From contig CANPVF010000142.1 of NCBI GenBank assembly GCA_947581645.1, forward strand, positions 5,724 through 69,723: DNA of 64,000 nucleotides, in the 5' to 3' direction. A program made the position numbers and the translations under genes. Every line of letters begins with the position of its first letter. The stretch's first letter is position 1. The DNA is from Candidatus Caribbeanibacter nitroreducens (GTDB lineage: Bacteria > Gemmatimonadota > Gemmatimonadetes > Palauibacterales > Palauibacteraceae). The notes under the pieces are model-generated. The model was not told the origin of the DNA, made no database searches, and saw only the letters and a program-made list of their open reading frames with translations. Shown one piece after another: positions 47,827-58,988 of this stretch.

Positions 47827-48684
47827 ATGGCCGAGATCACTGCATCGGCGGTGAAGTCCCTGCGCGAGCGGACGGGCGCCGGGATGATGGACTGCAAGCG
47901 CGCACTCGAGGAGACCGGCGGCGACGAGGAGGAGGCCATCGACCTCCTCCGTCAGCAGGGAGCGGCGCAGGCCGCCAAGCGCGCCGGCAAGGAGACCACC
48001 GAGGGCACGGTGGAGATCGCCGGAGGCGACGACGAGCCGGCGTCGATGGTCGAGGTCACCTGTGAGACCGACTTCGTGGCGAAGAACGACGACTTCGTCG
48101 ACTTCGCCCGGCGCGCCGCGCGGGTGGCCCTGGACGCCGACGCCCCCGACGGCGAGGTCCGGGAGGGCGACGAGCTGCTGGACCTCCCGGCCGACGACCC
48201 GCTCCGCGAGGAGCTGAACGAGCTGCGGGCCGCCATCGGCGAGGCCATCGGCCTGAGCCGGTTCGTCCGGATGGAGCCGGCCGGCGGAAGCGTGATCGGA
48301 CAGTACGTGCACTTCGGGAACAAGATCGGCGCGATCGTCGAGGTCGGCGACGCAGCCGGCGAGGACGGGGCCGCCGACCTGGCCCGGGAGCTGGCCATGC
48401 ACATCGCCGCCACCGATCCCATCGGTGTCGGGCGCGAGGACATTCCCGAGGAGGAGCGCGAGCGGGAGCGGAAGGTGCTCCGCGAGCAGGCCCTCGAGCA
48501 GGACAAGCCGCCGGAGATCGTCGACAAGATCGTCGAGGGCCGGATGCGGAAGTTCTTCGAGCAGAACACCCTGCTGGAGCAGGGATTCGTCAAGGATTCC
48601 GACGTCTCGGTGGCGGACCTGATCGAGGAGCGCGTCCCGGGCGCCACGGTGCGTCGGTTCGTCCGCTTCGAGATCGGAAGCTGA
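47827..48684 (+). CDS. tsf: Translation elongation factor Ts
   Basis: 285 aa. Starts MAEITASAVKSLRERTGAGMMDCKRALEETGGDEEEAIDLLRQQG. Confidence 0.96.
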   Translation: MAEITASAVKSLRERTGAGMMDCKRALEETGGDEEEAIDLLRQQGAAQAAKRAGKETTEGTVEIAGGDDEPASMVEVTCETDFVAKNDDFVDFARRAARVALDADAPDGEVREGDELLDLPADDPLREELNELRAAIGEAIGLSRFVRMEPAGGSVIGQYVHFGNKIGAIVEVGDAAGEDGAADLARELAMHIAATDPIGVGREDIPEEERERERKVLREQALEQDKPPEIVDKIVEGRMRKFFEQNTLLEQGFVKDSDVSVADLIEERVPGATVRRFVRFEIGS

Positions 48685-48687
48685 GCC

Positions 48688-49413
48688 GTGGGAGAGGAAC
48701 CGGGGCTGAAGTATCCGCGGGCGCTGGTCAAGATCTCCGGCGAGGCGCTGGCCGGGGACCAGGGCTTCGGCATCGACCCGCCGGCCATCGAGGAGCTGAG
48801 CCGCGAGATCCGCAAGGTGCACGACACAGGGGCCGAGCTCGGCCTCGTGGTCGGCGGCGGCAACATCGTCCGCGGCACGTCGGCCAGCGAGCAGGGCATG
48901 GACCGGGTGTCCGCCGACTACATGGGGATGCTCGCCACCGTCATCAACGCGCTGGCGCTCCAGGACATGCTGGAGCGGTTCGACCTCCCCACGAGGGTGA
49001 TGACCGCCATCCACATGGACGAGGTGGCGGAGCCCTACATTCGGCGACGCGCCATGCGGCACCTGGAGAAGGGCCGCGTGGTCATTTTCGCCGCGGGGAC
49101 GGGCAACCCCTACTTTTCGACCGACACCGCGGGCGTGCTCCGCGGGATCGAGATGGACGCGGACGTGATCCTCAAGGCGACCAAGGTCGACGGCGTCTTC
49201 ACGGCCGACCCCGACACGGATCCCGATGCGACCTTCATCCCGCGGATCTCGTACCTGGAAGTCATGACCCGCGAGCTGGAGGTCATGGACGCCGCGGCCA
49301 TCTCGCTCTGCAAGGAGAACGGGCTGCCGGTGATCGTGCTGAACATCCGGAAGGCGGGTGCCATCCTGTCGGCCCTGGAGGGCGACGAGGTGGGAACCCT
49401 GGTGGCCGCCTGA
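48688..49413 (+). CDS. pyrH: UMP kinase
   Basis: 241 aa with a GTG start. Contains [22 protein letters not shown], and [12 protein letters not shown]. Confidence 0.95.
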   Translation: MGEEPGLKYPRALVKISGEALAGDQGFGIDPPAIEELSREIRKVHDTGAELGLVVGGGNIVRGTSASEQGMDRVSADYMGMLATVINALALQDMLERFDLPTRVMTAIHMDEVAEPYIRRRAMRHLEKGRVVIFAAGTGNPYFSTDTAGVLRGIEMDADVILKATKVDGVFTADPDTDPDATFIPRISYLEVMTRELEVMDAAAISLCKENGLPVIVLNIRKAGAILSALEGDEVGTLVAA

Positions 49414-49469
49414 CGACGGACGCCGGCGGACGACGACCGATCGGCTGATCACGAACGGCGGGAGGAGAC

Positions 49470-50027
49470 ATGTCGACCGACGTGCTCGAGCGAGCCGAGA
49501 AGAAGATGGACAAGACGGTGCAGAGCACCCGGAAGGAGTTCTCGTCGGTGCGGACCGGCAAGGCCAGCCCCGCCCTGCTGGACACCGTCAGCGTCGAGGC
49601 GTACGGCTCCAGCGTCCCGCTGAACCAGGTGGCCAACGTCAGCGCCCCGGACACCGACATGCTGCTGGTCCAGCCCTACGACGGCAGCATCGCCGGTGAC
49701 ATCGCCAGCGCGATCCGGACCGCCGACCTGGGCCTGAACCCCAGCGTCGACGGGAACGTGGTCCGGGTTCCGGTGCCGCCGCTCTCGGAGGAGCGGCGCA
49801 AGGAGATGGTGAAGGTGCTCCAGCGCATGGCCGAAGAGGGACGGGTCGCGGTGCGCCAGATCCGCCAGGACGCGAAGAACGAGCTCCAGTCCCTGGAGCG
49901 GGAGGGCGAGATCTCGGAGGACCAGTACCACCGCCGTCTCGAGACCCTGCAGGAGCTCACCGACGAGCACACCGGCACCATCGACAGCATGCTGGAGAAG
50001 AAGGAAGACGAAGTGATGGAGGTATAG
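49470..50027 (+). CDS. frr: Ribosome recycling factor
   Basis: 185 aa. Contains KEFSSVRTGKASPALLD and VPVPPLSEERRKEMVK. Confidence 0.96.
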   Translation: MSTDVLERAEKKMDKTVQSTRKEFSSVRTGKASPALLDTVSVEAYGSSVPLNQVANVSAPDTDMLLVQPYDGSIAGDIASAIRTADLGLNPSVDGNVVRVPVPPLSEERRKEMVKVLQRMAEEGRVAVRQIRQDAKNELQSLEREGEISEDQYHRRLETLQELTDEHTGTIDSMLEKKEDEVMEV

Positions 50028-50031
50028 GCCG

Positions 50032-50541
50032 ATGGCCGAGGAGACGAGGCCGGAGGGTGAGGCCGCCGGTTCGGCCCAGAGCGGTGAGAGCGGCGAGGCC
50101 GACGGGAGCACCTCGCCGTATCGCGGCGACAGCAGCGACTACGACGAGGAGATCTACCCCCGGAGCTACCGGACGCCGGGACGGATCAACCTGAAGAAGG
50201 CGATGCGCGAGTACGTCCGCGGCCACGACCGCGGGTGGGATCAGGAGACGAAGTCGCGGATGGCCGAGGAGTCGCTGGAGGCCGAGGAGTCGGACGAGGG
50301 CTATCTCGGGCCCGGCCAGGCGGTGGCCAGCGGCGAGCTGACGCTCCGCGTCGGCGGCGAGACGTCGACCGAGGCGGCCCGGGACTCGACGGCTCACGAC
50401 GAGGACGAGGGACGCCCGCGCTTCGGGGTCGGCGTGCCCGAGACCCTGAAGTACCATCGCGGCGCCGACACCTGGCGAGACCGTGTCCGGGAGCTGATCC
50501 ACGGCGCCGTTCAGGAGGGCCCGGACGACGAGCAGGGGTAG
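50032..50541 (+). CDS. Hypothetical acidic protein, translationally coupled to frr
   Basis: 169 aa. The ATG lies 4 nt after the frr stop. GC3 is high and uniform. No family was recognised. Its 3' end overlaps the open tilS frame. Confidence 0.5.
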   Translation: MAEETRPEGEAAGSAQSGESGEADGSTSPYRGDSSDYDEEIYPRSYRTPGRINLKKAMREYVRGHDRGWDQETKSRMAEESLEAEESDEGYLGPGQAVASGELTLRVGGETSTEAARDSTAHDEDEGRPRFGVGVPETLKYHRGADTWRDRVRELIHGAVQEGPDDEQG

Positions 50542-50551
50542 TCCCCCCGTC

Positions 50552-51934
50552 GATCTCGCCACCCGCTTCGCCCGTCACCTCGACCGGGAGCCGGAGCTCC
50601 TGCCCGCCGGCTCGCGCGTCCTGGTCGCCTTCTCCGGCGGCCCCGATTCCACCGCCCTCCTCGACCTCCTTCGCCGATCCGCCGGTGCCCGGGACCTGAG
50701 CCTCCTGGCCGCCCACTTCGACCACGCCGTCCGTCCGGAGAGCCGGGAGGAGGCCCGCCGGGTGGCGGAGCGCGCGCGGAAGATGGGGGTCGAGGTCCGG
50801 GTCGGCCGGGCGGAGGAGGGAGGCGGCTCGGGCCACGACGAGCTCCGGAGGCGGCGCTATCGCTTCCTGCGCCGAACCGCCCGGGAGGTCGGGGCCGATC
50901 GCATCGCCACCGGCCACCAGGCCGACGACCAGGCCGAGACGGTCCTCTTCCGGCTCCTCCGCGGTACGGGCCTTCGTGGCCTCGCCGGCATTCCCGGGCG
51001 CCGCGACGACATCGTCCGTCCCCTCCTCCCGTTCCGGGAGCGGGATCTCCTGGACTACCTGGAGGCACGCGGACTCCCGTGGAGCCGGGATCCGGCCAAC
51101 CGGGATCCGACCTACGCCCGCTCCCGCATCCGACACGAGCTGCTGCCCGCACTCGAGCGGACCTGGGAGGAGGACCCCGTGGAGCGGCTGCTCCGCCTCG
51201 GCCGGGCGGCGCGCGACGCCGACGAGCGGATGGAGCGGCTCACGGGGAGCGTGCTGGAGCTGTGCGCCCGGGACGCGGCCGGGCCGTTCCGCGTCCCGGA
51301 ACTCACCGCCGACCGGCGGGAGGAGAGCCGGGTCCGGCTGGCCCGCCGGCCGCTGCTGGCGGCGGGGCGGGAGCTGCAGGCCCGTGCCCTCCGGCGCCTG
51401 GCGCGGTCGATGGGGGAGCGGCTCACCCGCGGGGGAACCGCCGAGGGCGTGGAGTTTATCAACGCCGGCCGAAGCGGCGGTCGGGTCCAGCTCGGCGGCG
51501 GGCTGGAGCTCTGGAGGGAGTTCGACACTGTCTGGATCGGCCCCGCCGACCCGCCGATGGACGACCGCCCGCTGGAGGTGGACGCCTCCACGCCGGGGAC
51601 AGGACGCCTCCGCGCCGGAGGACGCCGGTACAGGGTCGCCTGGGGCCCCGGCGACGAGCCGCGTTCGTCTCCTCACTCCCTGGCGATTCCGCGGGAGATC
51701 CGTCAGCTTTCCCTCACCCTCCGGGGATGGAGGGACGGGGACCGGATCGACCTCCCCGGCGGACGCATCAAGCTCAAAGAGCTCTTCAACCGCAGGCGCG
51801 TTCCGCGCAGCGAGCGACCCCGGCTCCCCCTCCTGGTGGCCGGTCGAGCCGACGTGCTCTGGGTACCCGGCATCGAGGACGCGCTGCACGACGAGCCGAC
51901 CGACGAGGACTGGTGGATCGGAGTGACGGGATGA
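50552..51934 (+). CDS. tilS: tRNA(Ile)-lysidine synthetase TilS; 5' boundary unresolved, no canonical start
   Basis: The frame is open from 50498. The PP-loop RVLVAFSGGPDSTALLDLL (about 50615-50670) lies upstream of the first canonical start, the GTG at 50762 used by the ORF track. Downstream motifs are ATGHQADDQAETVLFRLLRG. Confidence 0.85.
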   Translation, partial: DLATRFARHLDREPELLPAGSRVLVAFSGGPDSTALLDLLRRSAGARDLSLLAAHFDHAVRPESREEARRVAERARKMGVEVRVGRAEEGGGSGHDELRRRRYRFLRRTAREVGADRIATGHQADDQAETVLFRLLRGTGLRGLAGIPGRRDDIVRPLLPFRERDLLDYLEARGLPWSRDPANRDPTYARSRIRHELLPALERTWEEDPVERLLRLGRAARDADERMERLTGSVLELCARDAAGPFRVPELTADRREESRVRLARRPLLAAGRELQARALRRLARSMGERLTRGGTAEGVEFINAGRSGGRVQLGGGLELWREFDTVWIGPADPPMDDRPLEVDASTPGTGRLRAGGRRYRVAWGPGDEPRSSPHSLAIPREIRQLSLTLRGWRDGDRIDLPGGRIKLKELFNRRRVPRSERPRLPLLVAGRADVLWVPGIEDALHDEPTDEDWWIGVTG

Positions 51935-52500
51935 CGGACGCTCAGGAAACGGCCAAGTACGAGCAGGTGATGCCCCGCACCGGGGGACGCGACCTGCGGC
52001 GGATCGTCTATACCGCGGACGAGATCGCCAGCCAGGTCCGCCGGATGGGCGAGGAGATCACCGATCACTATCCGGAGGACGAGGGCCTGCTGGTGCTGGG
52101 GCTCCTGAAGGGATCGTTCATCTTCCTGGGTGACCTGGTGCGTCACATCTCCCGCCCCCTGCACGTGGACTTCCTGGTGGCCTCGAGCTACGTGGGGACC
52201 GAGTCCACCGGCGACGTGGATCTCCTGTACGACCCGACGGCTCCCATCGAAGGGAGGCACGTGGTCCTGGTGGAGGACATCGTCGACACCGGGACGACGA
52301 TCAACCAGACCGGAGACGCGCTGCGGGAGCGGGGCCCGGCCTCGCTCGAGGTCTGCACGCTTCTCCACAAGCACGAGGCCGACGACCTCCGCTACGAGCC
52401 GAGGTGGATCGGGTTCGACGCGCCGTCGGACTTCCTGGTGGGCTACGGGCTCGACCACGCCGAGGACTTCCGGCATCTTCCCTTCATCGCCAGCATCTAG
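51931..52500 (+). CDS. hpt: Hypoxanthine phosphoribosyltransferase
   Basis: The ATG at 51931 overlaps the tilS stop (ATGA). Contains LLKGSFIFLGDLVR and VVLVEDIVDTGTT. Confidence 0.93.
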   Translation: MTDAQETAKYEQVMPRTGGRDLRRIVYTADEIASQVRRMGEEITDHYPEDEGLLVLGLLKGSFIFLGDLVRHISRPLHVDFLVASSYVGTESTGDVDLLYDPTAPIEGRHVVLVEDIVDTGTTINQTGDALRERGPASLEVCTLLHKHEADDLRYEPRWIGFDAPSDFLVGYGLDHAEDFRHLPFIASI

Positions 52501-52517
52501 GGCTTCCCCAGGGACGC

Positions 52518-54520
<2,003 letters not shown>

Positions 54521-54524
<4 letters not shown>

Positions 54525-55438
54525 CCCGCTCTCCGCCGGAGCGGTCGGACGGGTCCGTCCGGCGCCGGTGGAGCGTCCGCGGCGGCAGCGTGTCGCTGGA
54601 CCGGCCCGTGGTGATGGGGGTCGTGAACGTGACACCGGATTCCTTCTCCGACGGCGGCCGTCACCTGGATCCCGGCGACGCCGCGTCCCGGGCCCGCGGC
54701 CTGGTGGAGCAGGGGGCCGACCTCCTGGACGTGGGGGCGGAGTCCACCCGACCCGGGGCGGAGCCGGTACCCACCGACGAGGAGTGGCGGCGACTGGAGC
54801 CGGTCCTGGAGCGGATCACCGAGCTCCCGGTGCCGATCTCCGTGGACACGCGGCGGGTGGCCACGGCACGTCGGGCGCTGGAAGCCGGCGCCGCCATCGT
54901 GAACGACGTCTCCGGGCTGTCGAGCGACCCCGCGCTGGCGGGACTGGTCGCCGAGACCGGGGCCGGACTGGTGCTCATGCACATGCGGGGCACGCCGCGG
55001 GACATGCAGGACGACACCGAGTACGACGACCTGGTGGGCGAGGTCCTGGAGGCGCTCAAGAGGTCCGTGGGCCGGGCGCGGTCGGCGGGCTGCTCGGCCG
55101 AGCAGCTGGTCGTGGACCCGGGGATCGGCTTCGGGAAATCGGCCGGCGGGAGCCTGCGCCTGCTGGCCCGGGCCGGCACGTTCAGTCGGGCCGGAGGCCC
55201 GGTGATGGTGGGCCCGTCGCGGAAGTCCTTCATCGGCGAGACCCTCGGTCTGCCGCTGGACGAGCGGGTGGAAGCCACGGCCTCGGCCTGCGTGATGGCG
55301 CTGGAGCGCGGGGCACGGCTGTTTCGCGTCCACGACGTGAAGGCCGTGCGCCGGGCCCTGGACATGGCCGCCGCGATCCGCGCCGCCGACCGTCCGGCCG
55401 GGTCGAGGGAGCCCGAGTCGGAAGAGAGGAGCGGCTAG
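54521..55438 (+). CDS. folP: Dihydropteroate synthase
   Basis: The GTG overlaps the ftsH stop. Contains VMGVVNVTPDSFSDGG, DVGAESTRPG, and ISVDT..IVNDVSG. Confidence 0.93.
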
Positions 55439-55441
55439 CCC

Positions 55442-56302
55442 ATGGACGCCATCCTCGACTACCTGAATTTCCTGCGCCCGGGTCTCAAGGACCTGCTCGA
55501 GATCGTCCTGGTGGCGTATCTCATCTACCGGATCCTCCTGCTGTGGACCGGCACCCGGGCCTTCCAGATCCTGGCCGGACTCGTCCTGCTCGTGGCGGGA
55601 TACGCCGGCGCGAGCTTCCTGGATCTGCAGCTCATCACCTACATCCTGTCGCAGGTGTTCACCTACGGCGCCTTCGCCCTGATCGTGGTCTTCCAGCCGG
55701 AGCTCCGGAACGCCCTGGCGCAGCTCGGCCGGAGCCGCCTGTGGAAGGTGTTCGCCGAGATGGAGGAGAGCGAGGTCGCCGAGGTGATCGTTCAGGCCGC
55801 CGAGCGGCTGCAGCGGGCGAAGATCGGCGGAATCATCGCTGTCGAGCGGGAAGTGGGGCTGGGCGAGTACATCGAGTCGGGCACCGAGGTGCACGCCGAC
55901 GTCTCGGCGGAGCTCCTGACCACCATCTTCACCCCCTACTCGCCGCTCCACGACGGCGCGGTGATCGTCCAGGGAGACCAGCTGGCCGCCGCGGGGTGCA
56001 TCCTCCCGCTCACGCAGTTCCCGGTGGCGGACAAGTCGCTGGGAACGCGGCACAGGGCGGGACTCGGCCTCTCCGAGGAGACCGACGCCGTGGTGGTCAT
56101 CATCTCCGAGGAGACGAGCCAGATCTCGGTGGCCCACCGCGGTCACCTGCGCCGCGACGTCTCGCCGGACGAGCTGCGGGAGATCCTCGCCACGGAGGGG
56201 GCCGAGACCTTCGGAGCTGCCCTCAGCGGGGCCTCGGGCTCCGGCGGAGCGGCGGTCGAGGAGCCCACGGCCGAGGCCGTGGGCTCGACGGAGGGCAACT
56301 GA
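55442..56302 (+). CDS. cdaA: Diadenylate cyclase CdaA (membrane-anchored DAC domain)
   Basis: 286 aa with three N-terminal TM segments. Contains GGIIAVEREVGL, PLHDGAVIV, and LGTRHRAGLGLSEETDAVVVIISEETSQIS. Confidence 0.92.
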   Translation: MDAILDYLNFLRPGLKDLLEIVLVAYLIYRILLLWTGTRAFQILAGLVLLVAGYAGASFLDLQLITYILSQVFTYGAFALIVVFQPELRNALAQLGRSRLWKVFAEMEESEVAEVIVQAAERLQRAKIGGIIAVEREVGLGEYIESGTEVHADVSAELLTTIFTPYSPLHDGAVIVQGDQLAAAGCILPLTQFPVADKSLGTRHRAGLGLSEETDAVVVIISEETSQISVAHRGHLRRDVSPDELREILATEGAETFGAALSGASGSGGAAVEEPTAEAVGSTEGN

Positions 56303-56384
56303 CGCCGGGGCACCGGGTACGGTTCGCCCGGGCGATGTACACGACGACGTCGACGGAACGGGCCACGACGGGTGTCCACACTCG

Positions 56385-56413
56385 TTGACGCCCCGTGAGC
56401 CGGCGCATAGAAT
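56385..56413 (+). promoter_or_regulatory. Candidate promoter of the exbB-exbD-exbD-tonB operon
   Basis: TTGACG-N17-TAGAAT, about 45 nt upstream of the exbB start. Confidence 0.45.
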
Positions 56414-56457
56414 GTCGAGGCTGATTCGCGGGAACGATCACAGTCGCGGGAGGCACG

Positions 56458-57150
56458 TTGCAAAGCGATCTCAGCTACCAGCTGTTGACGCTGTTTCGGG
56501 ACGGCGGGTTCATGATGTATCCGCTGATCCTGTGTTCGCTGCTCGGTCTCGGTGTGATGATCGCCAAGGCATGGACGCTCTGGGTGGCCCATCAGGAGAG
56601 CGAGGGCCTCCTTGAGGAGGTCGAGGAGCTGAGCCGGCGGGGGAACCTGGAGGAGGCCATCGAGGTGGCCGAGGAGACCCGGGGACCCGTGGCGGCCATC
56701 CTCCTCTCGGGCCTGCGACGGCTCAGGGAGGAGGGCCACACGGGCAGGGACGTCCAGGTGGCCATCAACTCCACCGGGAACATCGAGCTGGACTTCCTCG
56801 AGCGCGGGATGACGGTGCTGGCCACCATCGCCAACGTGGCGCCCATGCTGGGCTTTCTGGGCACCGTGATCGGGATGATCGAGGCCTTCGCCGCCATCGA
56901 GCAGGCGGGCCAGGTGGACCCTTCGCTGGTCGCCGGCGGTATTAAGGTTGCACTCATCACGACCGCGGCCGGCCTGACGATCGCGGTTCCGGTGCATATC
57001 GCGTACAACTTCTTTGTATCGCGAGTCGACATGCTGATCGAAGACATGGAGGAGGGCACCCAGGCGGTGCTCGACCTCGTCTGGGAGCTGGAGCACGGCG
57101 AAGAGTCGACCGCTGCCAGCAACCCGGGCTCGTCGACCGACCAGAGCTAG
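56458..57150 (+). CDS. exbB: MotA/TolQ/ExbB proton-channel family protein
   Basis: 230 aa with a TTG start. Contains GGFMMYPLILCSLLGLGVMI, APMLGFLGTVIGMI, and GGIKVALITTAAGL. Confidence 0.9.
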   Translation: MQSDLSYQLLTLFRDGGFMMYPLILCSLLGLGVMIAKAWTLWVAHQESEGLLEEVEELSRRGNLEEAIEVAEETRGPVAAILLSGLRRLREEGHTGRDVQVAINSTGNIELDFLERGMTVLATIANVAPMLGFLGTVIGMIEAFAAIEQAGQVDPSLVAGGIKVALITTAAGLTIAVPVHIAYNFFVSRVDMLIEDMEEGTQAVLDLVWELEHGEESTAASNPGSSTDQS

Positions 57151-57168
57151 ACAGAGGAGACGAACACG

Positions 57169-57591
57169 ATGCCGCTTCTGGATCGGAACTCAGGGGTCGA
57201 GGACGAGATCCCCACGGCGGGACTGGCGGACATCGCCTTCCTGCTGCTGATCTTCTTCCTGACGACGACGGTGTTCAACGAGGAGAAGGGACTCCAGATC
57301 GTCCTGCCCGAGCAGCAGAAGGAGCAGGAGGTCCCCTCCGAGAACATCATGTTCCTGATCGTTCAGCCGAACGGGCAGGTCGTCATCCAGCGGGGTGAGT
57401 CCGAGCAGACCCAGACCGTGCCCTACAATCGCGTCGAGGGCATCCTGCGACAGGAGCTCGCGGCCAACCCGAAGCTGATCGCGGCCGTACAGACCACGCC
57501 CAACGCGCCGTACCGTCACATGGTCAACGTGCTGGACGAGGTCAAGAGCGCCGGCGCTGAGCGCGTTTCGCTGCAGATGAAGGAGCAGTAA
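57169..57591 (+). CDS. exbD: ExbD/TolR biopolymer transport protein (copy 1)
   Basis: 140 aa. Contains IPTAGLADIAFLLLIFFLTTTVF. Confidence 0.9.
   Translation: MPLLDRNSGVEDEIPTAGLADIAFLLLIFFLTTTVFNEEKGLQIVLPEQQKEQEVPSENIMFLIVQPNGQVVIQRGESEQTQTVPYNRVEGILRQELAANPKLIAAVQTTPNAPYRHMVNVLDEVKSAGAERVSLQMKEQ
57205..57258 (+). repeat. 54-nt block identical to 57643-57696 (exbD paralog TM-helix region)
   Basis: gagatccccacggcgggactggcggacatcgccttcctgctgctgatcttcttc is read identically in both genes. Confidence 0.9.
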
Positions 57592-57594
57592 CCG

Positions 57595-58041
57595 ATGGCT
57601 GGAAGAGACTCCGGATTCGACCGCAGCTCGGAGAGCGAAGGGGAGATCCCCACGGCGGGACTGGCGGACATCGCCTTCCTGCTGCTGATCTTCTTCATGG
57701 TGACGACGGTCTTCCGCCGCGACCAGAAGCAGGAAATCCGGTGGGTCGAGGCCGAGGCCACGAAGAAGATCGATGAGAAGAGGAAGAACATCCTCCACGT
57801 CTGGGTGGACGTGAACGGGAACATCTTCATCAACGACAAGAACATCCCGGTGGACAAGGTGGCGGGCATCGTCCGCCCCATCTACGCGGAGAACCGCGAG
57901 CTGGTGGTGGCGATCCGCGCCGACCAGGAGATCCCATACTCCAAGATCGACGCCATCCAGAAGCAGCTGCAGGCTGCCGGGGCGGTGCGAGTCACGTTCG
58001 CCACCCGCCTCGAACAGCAAGTGACCCGGCCCAGGAGGTAG
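57595..58041 (+). CDS. exbD: ExbD/TolR biopolymer transport protein (copy 2)
   Basis: 148 aa. Contains IPTAGLADIAFLLLIFFMVTTVF. Outside that block it is diverged from copy 1. Confidence 0.9.
   Translation: MAGRDSGFDRSSESEGEIPTAGLADIAFLLLIFFMVTTVFRRDQKQEIRWVEAEATKKIDEKRKNILHVWVDVNGNIFINDKNIPVDKVAGIVRPIYAENRELVVAIRADQEIPYSKIDAIQKQLQAAGAVRVTFATRLEQQVTRPRR
57643..57696 (+). repeat. Second copy of the 54-nt identical block
   Basis: Identical to 57205-57258. Confidence 0.9.
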
Positions 58042-58044
58042 ACC

Positions 58045-58737
58045 ATGACACCCGAGGAGCCACGCCAGCGCGACGAGGGCCGAAGGGGCATCGCCCAGAC
58101 GGCCAACGACGAGTTCAAGAACAACTACGCGAGCTGGTTCGCGGGAGGGCTTATCTTCGCCGTCCTCGCCCACTTCGCGCTCTTCGAGCTCTTCCCGCAG
58201 TTCCGGGCGGCGGACATCGGGACGAAGTCGAAGGCCATGGAGACCGTCGATCTCCCGCCGCAGGTGGAGATCCCTCCGCCCCCGGAGCAGATCGCCCGTC
58301 CGGCGACGCCGAAGGTCTCCACCGCCGATGTGAGCGAGGACGTGACCATCAGCGAGACGACCTTCGAGAGCAACCCGGCTGAGGATCTTCCCCCACCTCC
58401 GAGCGGTGAGGGAAGCCAGAAGTCGGATCGACCCTCCTTCATCCCGTACGACGTGGCGCCCGAGCTGAAGAACGGCCGGGACGTTCAGTCGTACCTGCAG
58501 CGGGTGTACCCGCCGTCGCTCAAGTCGTCGGGTATCGGTGGAACCGTCGTGCTCTGGATCTTCGTGAACAAGGAGGGTCAGGTGCAGAAGGCCCGGGTCC
58601 AGAAGAGCAGCGGGTACGACGCCCTCGACCAGGCCGCCAAGAAGGTGGCCGACCAGATGGTCTTCAGCCCGGCCATGAACCGGGACAAGAAGACGGCCGT
58701 CTGGGTCCAGCAGAGGGTCCAGTTCCAGGTGAAGTAG
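58045..58737 (+). CDS. tonB: Energy transducer TonB
   Basis: 230 aa. Has an N-terminal TM segment, a Pro-rich spacer PPQVEIPPPPEQIARP, and a C-terminal TonB domain YPPSLKSSGIGGTVVLWIFVNKEG..SSGYDALDQAA. Confidence 0.88.
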   Translation: MTPEEPRQRDEGRRGIAQTANDEFKNNYASWFAGGLIFAVLAHFALFELFPQFRAADIGTKSKAMETVDLPPQVEIPPPPEQIARPATPKVSTADVSEDVTISETTFESNPAEDLPPPPSGEGSQKSDRPSFIPYDVAPELKNGRDVQSYLQRVYPPSLKSSGIGGTVVLWIFVNKEGQVQKARVQKSSGYDALDQAAKKVADQMVFSPAMNRDKKTAVWVQQRVQFQVK

Positions 58738-58851
58738 CGCGAGGCGGGCGGACCGTCTCCGTACCGACGGACGGTTCGACGCCCGCCCTCCGCGTTCCAG
58801 CGAGACGCGAGGAGCCCGACGGCACCTCGTGAGTCCTTCTGCGACCTGTCA

Positions 58852-58898
58852 AGGAGCCGCTCGAGGCGTTCCGCCCCGGGCGGCTCCTGTTTGTTTGT
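58852..58898 (+). terminator. Candidate intrinsic terminator after tonB
   Basis: aggagccgc / gcggctcct form a 9-bp stem with an inner ggcg/cgcc helix, followed by the T-rich gtttgtttgt. Confidence 0.5.
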
Positions 58899-58988
58899 GA
58901 CCGGACCGACGGCCCCGCCGGACCACGTCTGCCGGCGGACCGTCCCGGCGATTCCGGAGAGCTGCGTCCCATCGACCCGAGAGAGATC

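Noticed and set aside
56458-58737. Locally lower GC (roughly 60% in spots) in the exbB-exbD-exbD-tonB operon, as a sign of horizontal acquisition.
   Set aside because: There are no flanking mobility genes, tRNA, or direct repeats. The codon pattern is still GC3-biased, and the dip is concentrated in membrane-helix-coding segments. That is insufficient evidence without a computed compositional profile.
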